Source of the DNA: Planctomycetota bacterium
GTDB lineage: Bacteria > Planctomycetota > UBA1135 > UBA2386
Reading direction: 5' to 3'
Assembly (NCBI GenBank): GCA_965223545.1
Contig: OZ245006.1
Location: 128,001-192,000, forward strand
DNA: 64,000 bases
Each line of letters begins with the position of its first letter. Positions within the stretch are counted from its first letter, which is position 1. The position numbers and the translations under genes are program-made. Shown piece by piece: positions 24,365 to 32,746 of this stretch. The notes beneath the pieces were generated by a model that did not search any database, had not been told where the DNA came from, and worked only from the letters and a program-made list of their open reading frames with translations.

Positions 24365-25225
24365 ATGAGTGCAATCGGTCGCGTCTTTATTGTCCTGAAT
24401 CTCGTCCTCGCGGCAGCGTTCGTGGGGTTCGCCGGGACGTTCCTCCAGCGGCACACCGACTACAAAGCCAAGTTCGACGCCGCGACGACGTCCGCCGCCG
24501 AGGCGGCGACCGCCGCAGCGGCCCAGTTCGACGCGAAGGTCGCCGAGCTGCGTGACGTCGACCGCGAGCTGCGCGCGCAGAAGTCGCTGTTCGACCGCGC
24601 CGATGGCGACAACAAGGCGCTGCGCGCCGAGAACGCGCAGCTGACGGCGCAGCTGGCCGACCTGGCCGGCGACGTCAAGAACATCAGCTCGCAGACCACC
24701 ACCATGGCGCAGGAGATCGAGCGCTCCCGCGAGCAGAGCAAGCAGGCCTACGACCTGGCGGTCGGCGCCGATCGCGAGAAGGCGTCCGCGCTCGACGAGC
24801 GCGAGAGCGCGCTGACCCAGCTCGCCGAAGTCGAGCGGCAGATGGAGCAGCTGCGCGACACGTTGGCGCAGACCAACGCCCGCCTCGCCGAGGCCCAGCA
24901 GGCCAAGCAAGAGGCCGACGTGATGGTGGCGATGTTCAAGAGCGCCTACCCCGGCATCGTCGAGGCGGTCACGCCCGACTTCGGCGGTGTGGTGCACCAA
25001 GTCGACAACGCCAACACGCTGCTGACCGTGCGTGTCACCGACAACCCGGGCTCGCTGGAAGTCAAGCCGGGCTACTCGTTCGCGATCTTCGACGAGGATC
25101 TCTACAAGGGCGAGGCCATCGTGCAGGCGACCGAGGGCGAGTTCGCGTTCTGCCGGATGTCGAAGCGCCGTGAAGGTGCCTCGATCTCGATCGGCGACCG
25201 CGCCCGCACCAACCTGACCCAGTAG
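24365..25225 (+). CDS. Hypothetical membrane-anchored coiled-coil protein with a C-terminal beta domain
   Basis: AGGAG RBS, N-terminal TM helix, ~150 aa heptad-rich helix, beta-rich C-terminus ending ISIGDRART. Confidence 0.85.
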   Translation: MSAIGRVFIVLNLVLAAAFVGFAGTFLQRHTDYKAKFDAATTSAAEAATAAAAQFDAKVAELRDVDRELRAQKSLFDRADGDNKALRAENAQLTAQLADLAGDVKNISSQTTTMAQEIERSREQSKQAYDLAVGADREKASALDERESALTQLAEVERQMEQLRDTLAQTNARLAEAQQAKQEADVMVAMFKSAYPGIVEAVTPDFGGVVHQVDNANTLLTVRVTDNPGSLEVKPGYSFAIFDEDLYKGEAIVQATEGEFAFCRMSKRREGASISIGDRARTNLTQ

Positions 25226-25235
25226 GAGCAACGCC

Positions 25236-25412
25236 ATGGCAGCCCGAAAGAACAAAGCGGCTCCGCGACGCGCTGCGGCGCAAGTCGAGGCGGTCGAAGA
25301 GGTCAAGACCGGCGGCATGAACATCGACGATGGCATCGTGCTGACCACTTTCCTGCTCCTCGCTGGAGCAGTCGCTCTCGCGTATCTCGCTCTCGGCAAC
25401 TACCCCGCCTAG
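25236..25412 (+). CDS. Small single-pass membrane protein (58 aa, absent from the ORF track)
   Basis: AGGAG 7 nt before the ATG; MAARKNKAAPRRAAAQVEAVEEVKTGGMNIDDGIVLTTFLLLAGAVALAYLALGNYPA*; followed by a GC hairpin. Confidence 0.75.
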   Translation: MAARKNKAAPRRAAAQVEAVEEVKTGGMNIDDGIVLTTFLLLAGAVALAYLALGNYPA

Positions 25413-25710
25413 CCCTGGCGGCGGAGTAGTACGGGCCTTGGGCAACGACCCCGCCTGACGCGGGGCGAGCCATTGCGGCGCTGCGCAGCAGCGCCGCTCG
25501 CTTTTGCGAAGGCGTGATTTGGTTTCCATCCGCGGGGACCGACGCTACCTTTGCGTCCCGGAGCCACCCGCGGCGCCCGGGGTCGACTGACGGCTCCTCC
25601 GCGGGGAGGGTCCCGTGCGCTCGCCGGCCGAAGACGCGGTTACCCCGGGAGCGTCGCGTGCCCGGTGGCGGTTTCCGCACCAAGTCTCGTCTGTCGAACG
25701 CGGAGGGGTG

Positions 25711-26769
25711 ATGCTCAGGCCGATGGAGTGGGTGGTCAGCCGGTTCTCGGTCGACATGGGCATCGACCTGGGCACGGCCAACACCCTCGTCTGTCTGCGT
25801 GACGTCGGCATCGTCCTCGACGAACCCTCGGTGGTCGCGGTGCGCAAAGGCAGCAACGAAGTCCTGCTCGACGGGCAGGCGGTCGGCCACACGGCCCTGG
25901 AGTATCTGGGGCGGACGCCACCCGGGTTCGAGGCGGTGCGGCCGATGCGCAGCGGCGTCATCGCCGACTTCGAGATCACCGAAAAGATGCTGCGCTACTT
26001 CATGCGCAAGGTGCAGAAGGGCCGGCGCTTCGTCCGGCCGCAGGTGGTGATCGCGGTCCCCTGGGGCATCACCATGGTGGAGAAGCGCGCGGTCATCGGC
26101 TCGGCCGAACGCGCCGGGGCGCGTCGGGTCTACCTCGTCGACGAGCCCACCGCCGCCGGCATCGGGGCACAGCTCCCGGTGCACGAGCCGCACGGGTGCT
26201 TGATCGTGGACATTGGCGGTGGCACCACCGAAGTCGCGGTGATCTCGCTCGCCAACGTGGTCGAGGCCGAGTGCCTGCGGGTCGCCGGCGACGACTTCAA
26301 CGACGCGATCGCGCTGTACATGCGCAACAAGTACAACCTCCTGATCGGCGAGATCACCGCGGAGCGGCTGAAGATCGCCGCCGGATCGGCGGTGCCGCTG
26401 GAGGAGGAGATCGACGTCGAGGTGCGCGGCCGCGACTCGCTGACCGGCCTGCCGAGGCGGGCCGTGATCTCCTCCGGCGACGTCCGCGAGGCGCTGGAAG
26501 AGCCGGTGCGCAAGATCATCTCGACGATCAAGACGGTGTTGGAGCGCACGCCGCCCGAGCTGTCCGCCGACCTGGTGGCGTCGGGGATCACCATGTGCGG
26601 CGGGGGCAGCCTGCTGCGCGGCCTCGACATCCTGGTCGAGCAGGAGACCGAGCTGGCGACTCGGGTGTCCGAAGAACCACTGGAGACGGTGGCCCGCGGC
26701 ACCGGCATCTTCCTCGAGAACCTGGAGCTGTACTCGCAGTTCTTGGAGGGCGGCGACGACCTCGCGTAG
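25711..26769 (+). CDS. mreB: Rod shape-determining protein MreB
   Basis: GIDLGTANT, EPSVVA, GVIADF, VDIGGGTTEVAVIS, AERLKI, RTPPELSAD, GGGSLLRG; GGAGG RBS. Confidence 0.97.
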   Translation: MLRPMEWVVSRFSVDMGIDLGTANTLVCLRDVGIVLDEPSVVAVRKGSNEVLLDGQAVGHTALEYLGRTPPGFEAVRPMRSGVIADFEITEKMLRYFMRKVQKGRRFVRPQVVIAVPWGITMVEKRAVIGSAERAGARRVYLVDEPTAAGIGAQLPVHEPHGCLIVDIGGGTTEVAVISLANVVEAECLRVAGDDFNDAIALYMRNKYNLLIGEITAERLKIAAGSAVPLEEEIDVEVRGRDSLTGLPRRAVISSGDVREALEEPVRKIISTIKTVLERTPPELSADLVASGITMCGGGSLLRGLDILVEQETELATRVSEEPLETVARGTGIFLENLELYSQFLEGGDDLA

Positions 26770-26772
26770 GCG

Positions 26773-28104
26773 GTGATCCGCAGCACCCAGCGCCTGTTCC
26801 CGACGGGCCTCTACGCCACGCTCGCGGTGGCCGCGTGCTGCATGCTGGTCCCGTCCGGACCGCGGCGGCTGCAGGGTTGGTTGGCGGTCGCCAGCACGGC
26901 GCCGGCGCGCGTTTGGGCGGCGGTGGCGCAGAACGCGCACGCGGCGGCCGGCATGCCCGCGATCGACGCCGCGCAGGCGTCGCTGCGGCGCCGGCTGACC
27001 GACGCCGCCATCGCCAGCGGCACCCAGTGGCGCGCGCCGGGGTTTCAGCCGGTGCCATGTCGGGTCGTCGACCGCGGTGCCCGCGGCCATGGTGGTCTAC
27101 CCGCGACCCTGACGCTGGATCGACCGCGACGCTCCTTGGCCGACTGTGAGCCCTGGGTGTCCAGCGGCGATGCCCTGGTCGGCTTCCTGGCCCCCGCCGG
27201 CGACGATCCGACCGCGGCGGCAACCGTGCAGCTCTTGTGGGGCCGACCGCGCGGCGGAGCCCCGCGGCGGGTTCCGGCGGTCGCTGACGCCGCCGGCGCG
27301 GAGCTCGCCTTCGTCGTCGAACCCGCCGGCGAGATCGACCCGTGGCCGCTGCGCTGCCGCACAGTGCGCGATCCCTACCTCCTCTCTCAGCTGCGGCACG
27401 GTGGCCAGCCGGTGCGGACCGCGGCGCTGCCCGAGGACCCACTCGGCTGGCTGCCACCCGGAATGCAGCTGGGCCGCCTCCAGCTCTGGGGCTATCCCGG
27501 CCTCGGCGCGATCGACGTGTTCGTCGACCCAGCCGTGAATGCCGCGGCGCTGTCGATGGTCGTCGTCTGGCGCCCGGGCCCGGCGCAGCCGGCGCCCCTT
27601 GCCGACGCCGCACCGGTAACGGTGCCGGTCCGCCGGTTGTCGCTGCCGAGCCCGCTGGGCAAAGACAGCCGCTGGCTCCTGTTGGCCACCGGCGAACGGC
27701 ACGTGCGCGCGGGCGCGGCGGTGCTGGCCGGCGATTGGCTGGCCGGCATCGTCGACGGGGCCGGCCGCGGTACGGCGACGGCGACGCCGCTGGCGTTCTG
27801 CCGGCGGCCGTTCGCGGCGACGCTTCTGCCGGACGCTGTGGCGGCACAGCCCGTCGACTTGGTGGTGCGCGTATTGGCGATCGAGACGGAGACCGCAAGT
27901 GGCTTCCACGTCCGGATCGAGCGCGTCTCGGGCGGCGGTGCGCTGCAGCCGGGCCTGCTCTTCACCGCCGCCAACGGCCTCGCCTTCCCGCCGGGACGCG
28001 CGGTCGGCCGGGTCACCGGCACACCGGATCGCTGGTGGCTCGCGGCGCCGCGGCCACCCGCCGCCGCCCTGCGCGTCGTCTGCGCGACCGGAGGCGAGGG
28101 TTGA
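26773..28104 (+). CDS. mreC: Divergent MreC-like protein with two MreC cores
   Basis: Directly after mreB; N-terminal TM; MreC motifs occur twice (ALVGFL / WLAGIV; LPPGMQLGRL / FPPGRAVGRV). Confidence 0.65.
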   Translation: MIRSTQRLFPTGLYATLAVAACCMLVPSGPRRLQGWLAVASTAPARVWAAVAQNAHAAAGMPAIDAAQASLRRRLTDAAIASGTQWRAPGFQPVPCRVVDRGARGHGGLPATLTLDRPRRSLADCEPWVSSGDALVGFLAPAGDDPTAAATVQLLWGRPRGGAPRRVPAVADAAGAELAFVVEPAGEIDPWPLRCRTVRDPYLLSQLRHGGQPVRTAALPEDPLGWLPPGMQLGRLQLWGYPGLGAIDVFVDPAVNAAALSMVVVWRPGPAQPAPLADAAPVTVPVRRLSLPSPLGKDSRWLLLATGERHVRAGAAVLAGDWLAGIVDGAGRGTATATPLAFCRRPFAATLLPDAVAAQPVDLVVRVLAIETETASGFHVRIERVSGGGALQPGLLFTAANGLAFPPGRAVGRVTGTPDRWWLAAPRPPAAALRVVCATGGEG

Positions 28105-28586
28105 TGCTGCGCTGGATCGCGGTCTTCCTGGCGGCTTGGCCTCTGCAATTGGCGGAGAGCTGGTGGGCGGCGCGGATCTTCACCACCCCGGCGCTGACCG
28201 TCGCCCTCGGCTTGCTCATGGCGTTCTCCGTGCGCCCGGCGGCGGTGCCGGGCCTGCTGCTGTGCACTGCGGTGGGGCAACACATCGCGCTGGGCGGCGA
28301 CGTCGCGCTGCACGTGCTCGCCACCGGCACGCCGATCGCCCTGCTCGCGCCGCTGCGCAGCGCGGTCGCCTCGCAGGCGCTTTTGCTGCACGGAGCCTGC
28401 GCGGCCTTTTTGGCGCTGGCGACGCCCAACCTCGCACTCCTCCTCGCCCGGCTCTCGGGGGCCGAGCTCGCCATCGCCGGCACCGACGTTTGGTCGGTGG
28501 CCGCCGCCGCCGCACTGGCCCCCGTGCTGGCGCGCCTCATGGCACTCCTGCCGCCCTGGCGCGGCCTGATGGAGAAGTCCCGGTGA
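28104..28586 (+). CDS. mreD: MreD-like integral membrane protein
   Basis: 160 aa, very hydrophobic, TGATG-coupled, between mreC and the PBP gene. The call rests mostly on position. Confidence 0.55.
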   Translation: MLRWIAVFLAAWPLQLAESWWAARIFTTPALTVALGLLMAFSVRPAAVPGLLLCTAVGQHIALGGDVALHVLATGTPIALLAPLRSAVASQALLLHGACAAFLALATPNLALLLARLSGAELAIAGTDVWSVAAAAALAPVLARLMALLPPWRGLMEKSR

Positions 28587-28624
28587 GGCGGTCCCAGTGA
28601 GGGATTTCCGGTGAAGGAGTCGCG

Positions 28625-30865
28625 GTGAAGGTCGGACGCACGCGGATCCACACCCTGCTGGCGGGATTCGCCGCCTGCGCCACCGGTCTGGTGGTCCACC
28701 TTTTCTGGATCATGATCGTGCAGCACGACGATTGGCTCGAGCGCAGCGTGCGCAACCGGTGGGCCTTTCGCGACGTGCCGGCGCAGCGCGGCGCGCTGCA
28801 GGACCGCTTCGGCCGGGTCATCGCCGAGGATCGCCCCGCGCTGTCGGTGCTGCTGCACTACCGCGCATTCCGTCGCGACCACCCTCTCGGCTGCGCCGTG
28901 CACGGCGCCAACCTGCTCGACGCGACGCGCGGCACTGCGCGCGAACGGTTCGGCTACGTCTCCGCGCAGAACGGACCCGTGGCCGCCCTCGACCATCTGC
29001 TGGCGATGCCCTTTCGCTGGCTGTTGGGCGAGGAGATCGCCAGCGAGGCGAGCCGCGACCTGCGCTTCTACGTCGCGACCCTGATCGGCGTGTTGGAGGA
29101 CGGGCGGCGCCGCGACGGCTACCGCTGGCTGGACGAGGCCGGCGACGGAATCGGCGGCGGCTTGCGCCTGGCGGAAGCGCTCGGCGCCGAGCGCAGCGGC
29201 GCGCTCCGCGCCGCGCTGCGGCGGCGCGCGGCCGAGTTCGCCGCGCTCGACGACCGCCTGTCGGGCGATGCCGAACGCGTGCTGCAGGCCGAGCTCGAGC
29301 GCTGCCGCCTGTGGCACATCGAGGATGTCGAGCGCGAGCATCGGCTGCGCTTGGTGCAGCGCGTGGTCGCCTTCGAGACCGGGGTCCACCTCGCTCTGCT
29401 GCGCGAGCGGCAACCCGGCTTCACGTTGCAGGCCTCGGTCGAGCGGCAGCGGCGGACGCTGCCCGGCCGCGACGATGTCGGCTCGCTCGACACGGTGCTC
29501 GGCATCGTGGGACCGTACTGGCGCGAGCACGTCGAGCAGATGCAGGAGCGCGTCGCCGATCAGCTCGGGCCGGAGATCTTGGCCGAGCTGGTGCCGCGGA
29601 CGCCCGACTTGCCCGAGGGGTTCGCGGGTAGCCTGGCGGACGCCGCGCGTCGCCAAGTGCAGCTGCACCTGGTCGCCCGCGGGCGTCGCGGTCGCAATGG
29701 CGTCGAGGCGGCGATGGACGACACGCTGGCCGGCGCACCCGGCCTGCGCCTGGTGGAGAAGAACCGCAGCGCCGACGAACAGCAGCTGTTGCGCGCGCTG
29801 CGCGTCCTGCCGGGGCGAGACGTGCGGCTCGCGCTGGACGTCGACCTGCAGGGCGAAGTCGAGGCCGCCCTCGACCGCAACCCGGCCGGCATGGCCACCG
29901 CGATCGCCCTGTTGGCGCCGGCGACCGGCGAGCTCCTCGCATTCGGGGGCCGCCCGCTGCGCCGCGACGGCAAGCCGGTCTGGGTCACCGCCGCCTGCCG
30001 CTGGCCGACGACCGGGGCGATCGGTTCGGTGGCGAAGTCGTTCGTCCTGCTCGAGCAGCTCGATGCGCGGCGGCACGGACGGCCGTCGACCCCGGCCGAG
30101 ACCTACCGGCCGTGCACCCGCACCGGCTATCAAGTGCCGGGCATGCCGCGCTCGCTCACCTGCTCCGGCCTGCACGGTGTGGCCGCGCGCGATCCCGCCT
30201 ATGCCCTCGCGCATTCTTGCAACTTCTTCTACTACCAAGCCGCCGAAGGGCTCGGTGCGGACGGCGTCGCCCAGGCCTTCCGCCGGGTGGGACTGCTGCC
30301 GTACAGCGCAGACGAGGATGGCCCGCGCTTCGTGCGCGCGGTGCCCGGTCTCGGCCAGCTGGCGAGGCCACGCGGCGAGCGACAGCTCCTGCAGCTGCGC
30401 GCGATCGGCTACGGACTCAACGCGACGGTGATCCACGTCGCCCGCGCCTACGCCGCCCTGGCGACAGGGGTGCTGCCGCCGCTCGTGCTCGTGCCCGGCG
30501 CGCGCCACCCCGCGCCGGCGCCGCTCGACGTGCACCCCGACGACCTCGCCGTCGTCCGCGCCGGCATGGCCGCGTGCGTCGAGTCCGGCTCGGCGCGCCG
30601 GCTGCCGTCCCTGCGCGCGCTCGGGGTGCGCGCCAAGACCGGCACCGCCGAGATCTCGAACCGCACCGGCGCCAACAACGCCTGGTTTGCCGGCTATGTC
30701 GGTGGTGACCGCCCGACGCTGGCGTTTGCCGCGGTCGCCTATGCCGTGCCCGACCAACAGCACGGCGGCGACGTCGCGGGGGTACTGGTCGCGGACCTGC
30801 TGGCGGCGGTGCAGGCCGATGACACGCTGCGCCAACGCTACCTGGACGGAGCGCGCGCGCGGTGA
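28625..30865 (+). CDS. mrdA: Class B penicillin-binding protein (PBP2-like transpeptidase)
   Basis: TM anchor, RGALQDRFG, GRNGVE, catalytic SVAK, SCN and KTGT. Confidence 0.9.
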   Translation: MKVGRTRIHTLLAGFAACATGLVVHLFWIMIVQHDDWLERSVRNRWAFRDVPAQRGALQDRFGRVIAEDRPALSVLLHYRAFRRDHPLGCAVHGANLLDATRGTARERFGYVSAQNGPVAALDHLLAMPFRWLLGEEIASEASRDLRFYVATLIGVLEDGRRRDGYRWLDEAGDGIGGGLRLAEALGAERSGALRAALRRRAAEFAALDDRLSGDAERVLQAELERCRLWHIEDVEREHRLRLVQRVVAFETGVHLALLRERQPGFTLQASVERQRRTLPGRDDVGSLDTVLGIVGPYWREHVEQMQERVADQLGPEILAELVPRTPDLPEGFAGSLADAARRQVQLHLVARGRRGRNGVEAAMDDTLAGAPGLRLVEKNRSADEQQLLRALRVLPGRDVRLALDVDLQGEVEAALDRNPAGMATAIALLAPATGELLAFGGRPLRRDGKPVWVTAACRWPTTGAIGSVAKSFVLLEQLDARRHGRPSTPAETYRPCTRTGYQVPGMPRSLTCSGLHGVAARDPAYALAHSCNFFYYQAAEGLGADGVAQAFRRVGLLPYSADEDGPRFVRAVPGLGQLARPRGERQLLQLRAIGYGLNATVIHVARAYAALATGVLPPLVLVPGARHPAPAPLDVHPDDLAVVRAGMAACVESGSARRLPSLRALGVRAKTGTAEISNRTGANNAWFAGYVGGDRPTLAFAAVAYAVPDQQHGGDVAGVLVADLLAAVQADDTLRQRYLDGARAR

Positions 30866-32013
30866 CGCCACTCGCGGTCTTGGCTCGCACCAACTGGTGG
30901 GTGGCGCTCGCCACCGCCGTCCTGGGCGTCCTCGGCTGCGTGTTCATCCGCTCGGCGACCCTCGGTGATCCGGACTTTGAGGGGCTCTACGTCAAGCAAG
31001 CCGTGGTGCTGGTGGTGGCCCTGGTCACCGGCCTCGTCATCTTGCTGACGCCGACGTCGGTGTTCTTGCGGCGGGCGGCGTGGATCTACGTCGCTGCCGT
31101 CGTCGCCCTCGCCCTGCTGCCGTTCTTCGGCGTGATGATCAACGGCGCACGCCGCTGGTATCGGCTGCCCGGCTTCTTCGTGCAGCCATCCGAGCTCGCC
31201 AAGCTGGCGGTGATCATCGCCCTCGCCGCGTATCTCCGCTTTCGCTCGGACGCCTCCTTGAAGGAGAGCCTGCTGATCCCCGCCGCGATCGCCGGCTTGC
31301 CGGCGGTGATGGTGCTGCGGCAGCCGGACTTGAGCAGCTCGCTGGTGTTCGGCCCGATCCTCTTGGCGATGTGCTTCGCCGCGGGAGCGCGGCTGCGCGT
31401 CATCGCCGCCAGCGCAGCGCTGGCCGCAGCCCTGCTGGTCCTGTCGTACGGCGTGATGCACGACTACCAGCGCGCGCGGGTCGACGCGTGGCTGCATCAC
31501 TTCTCCTGGGACGACGCGGACGTGCTGCACGACGAGGAGGTCATCGAGGTCCTGCGCGACCATGGCTGGCAGCCGTGGCAGGCGCTGATCGCGATCGGCT
31601 CGGGCGGCTGGCAGGGGTTCGGCCTCGAGCAGGGGCCGCAGAACCGCTACGGCTTCCTGCCATACCGGTTCGACGACTACATCTTCGCGGTGATCGCCGA
31701 GGAGACCGGCCTGCTCGGCGCGCTGGCGGTGCTGACGACGTTCGCCGGGCTGGTGGGCGGCCTGTTCGGCATCGCGCTGCGCACGCGCGAGCGCTTCGGC
31801 CGGTTGCTCGTGGTCGGCGTCGGCAGCTACTTGGGCGCGCAGGCGGCGATGCACGTCGCGGTCTGCACGTGGCTGGTGCCGGCGACCGGCTTGCCCCTGC
31901 CGCTGTTGAGCTACGGCGGCAGCTCCACGCTGGTCTCGGTCTGGGCCGTCGCGCTGGCGTTGAACGTCAGCGGCCGCCGGGCGCCGGTGTTGGCCTCGGA
32001 CGGCTATCGCTGA
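30862..32013 (+). CDS. rodA: SEDS peptidoglycan polymerase RodA
   Basis: GARRW, QPSELAK, QPDL, AIGSGG, DYIFAVIAEE, TGLPLPLLSYGGSS; last gene of the mre cluster. Confidence 0.93.
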   Translation: MTPLAVLARTNWWVALATAVLGVLGCVFIRSATLGDPDFEGLYVKQAVVLVVALVTGLVILLTPTSVFLRRAAWIYVAAVVALALLPFFGVMINGARRWYRLPGFFVQPSELAKLAVIIALAAYLRFRSDASLKESLLIPAAIAGLPAVMVLRQPDLSSSLVFGPILLAMCFAAGARLRVIAASAALAAALLVLSYGVMHDYQRARVDAWLHHFSWDDADVLHDEEVIEVLRDHGWQPWQALIAIGSGGWQGFGLEQGPQNRYGFLPYRFDDYIFAVIAEETGLLGALAVLTTFAGLVGGLFGIALRTRERFGRLLVVGVGSYLGAQAAMHVAVCTWLVPATGLPLPLLSYGGSSTLVSVWAVALALNVSGRRAPVLASDGYR

Positions 32014-32029
32014 CAGCCATCGTGCCCGC

Positions 32030-32746
32030 TCACCGCGGCGCCCGCTCCTTGGCCTGCTTGCGCGCTCGCTCGAGGAACGCCTCGTAGTAGCGCCGGTACT
32101 TGTCCGGAATGCGCGGCGGCCCGCCCCGGGTCTTCAACATCTGCTCGTACATCTGCAGCCGACCCCAGGCACTGGCGTCCGCGTCGCGCTCGACCTGCTC
32201 GGTGTCGCTCGCCTCGGGAGTCGCGTTCTCCCTGTTCGTGCCCGGCTCGTCCTGCCTCTGCGGGCCATCCGCGTCGTCCAACTGTTCGCCTTCACCCGGC
32301 CGTTGGTCCACCGCTTCCGACGTGTCGCTCTGCTGCCGCTGGCCTGGTTGTCGCTGTGGCTGCTGTTCGCCCTGCTGCTGTTGCCGATCCTGCGAGCTGC
32401 CACCGCCACCCCCGCCCTGGCCGGCCATCTTCTGGATCGTCGTGATCAGCTCGTCGATCCGATCGACGACGCCTTGCTGGGACTCGGTGGTCTGGTCCAA
32501 GAGCTCGCCGATCTTCTCGGCCGAGTTGCGCAACGCCGCGCTCGCCGCCGCCGGGTCCTCGGATCCCCTCTGCAGCAGCAGACGATCGATCTCTTCCATC
32601 TGTCGAGCGACGTCCTCGGCGAGCTCGCGGACCTTGGTCGCGGGATCTTCGAACTGGGCCGTCGCGGCCGCGCTGCACAACACCGCGCCGGTCGCGAACG
32701 ACAACGCCAACGATTGGACGGAAGACAAGACGCGGACCCACTTCAT
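32030..32746 (-). CDS. Hypothetical secreted helical protein with a Q/G-rich linker
   Basis: Signal-peptide-like N-terminus, helical region, low-complexity linker, C-terminal WGRL..PDKYRRYYEAF; ATGA overlap with the upstream gene. Confidence 0.8.
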   Translation of the reverse strand: MKWVRVLSSVQSLALSFATGAVLCSAAATAQFEDPATKVRELAEDVARQMEEIDRLLLQRGSEDPAAASAALRNSAEKIGELLDQTTESQQGVVDRIDELITTIQKMAGQGGGGGGSSQDRQQQQGEQQPQRQPGQRQQSDTSEAVDQRPGEGEQLDDADGPQRQDEPGTNRENATPEASDTEQVERDADASAWGRLQMYEQMLKTRGGPPRIPDKYRRYYEAFLERARKQAKERAPR

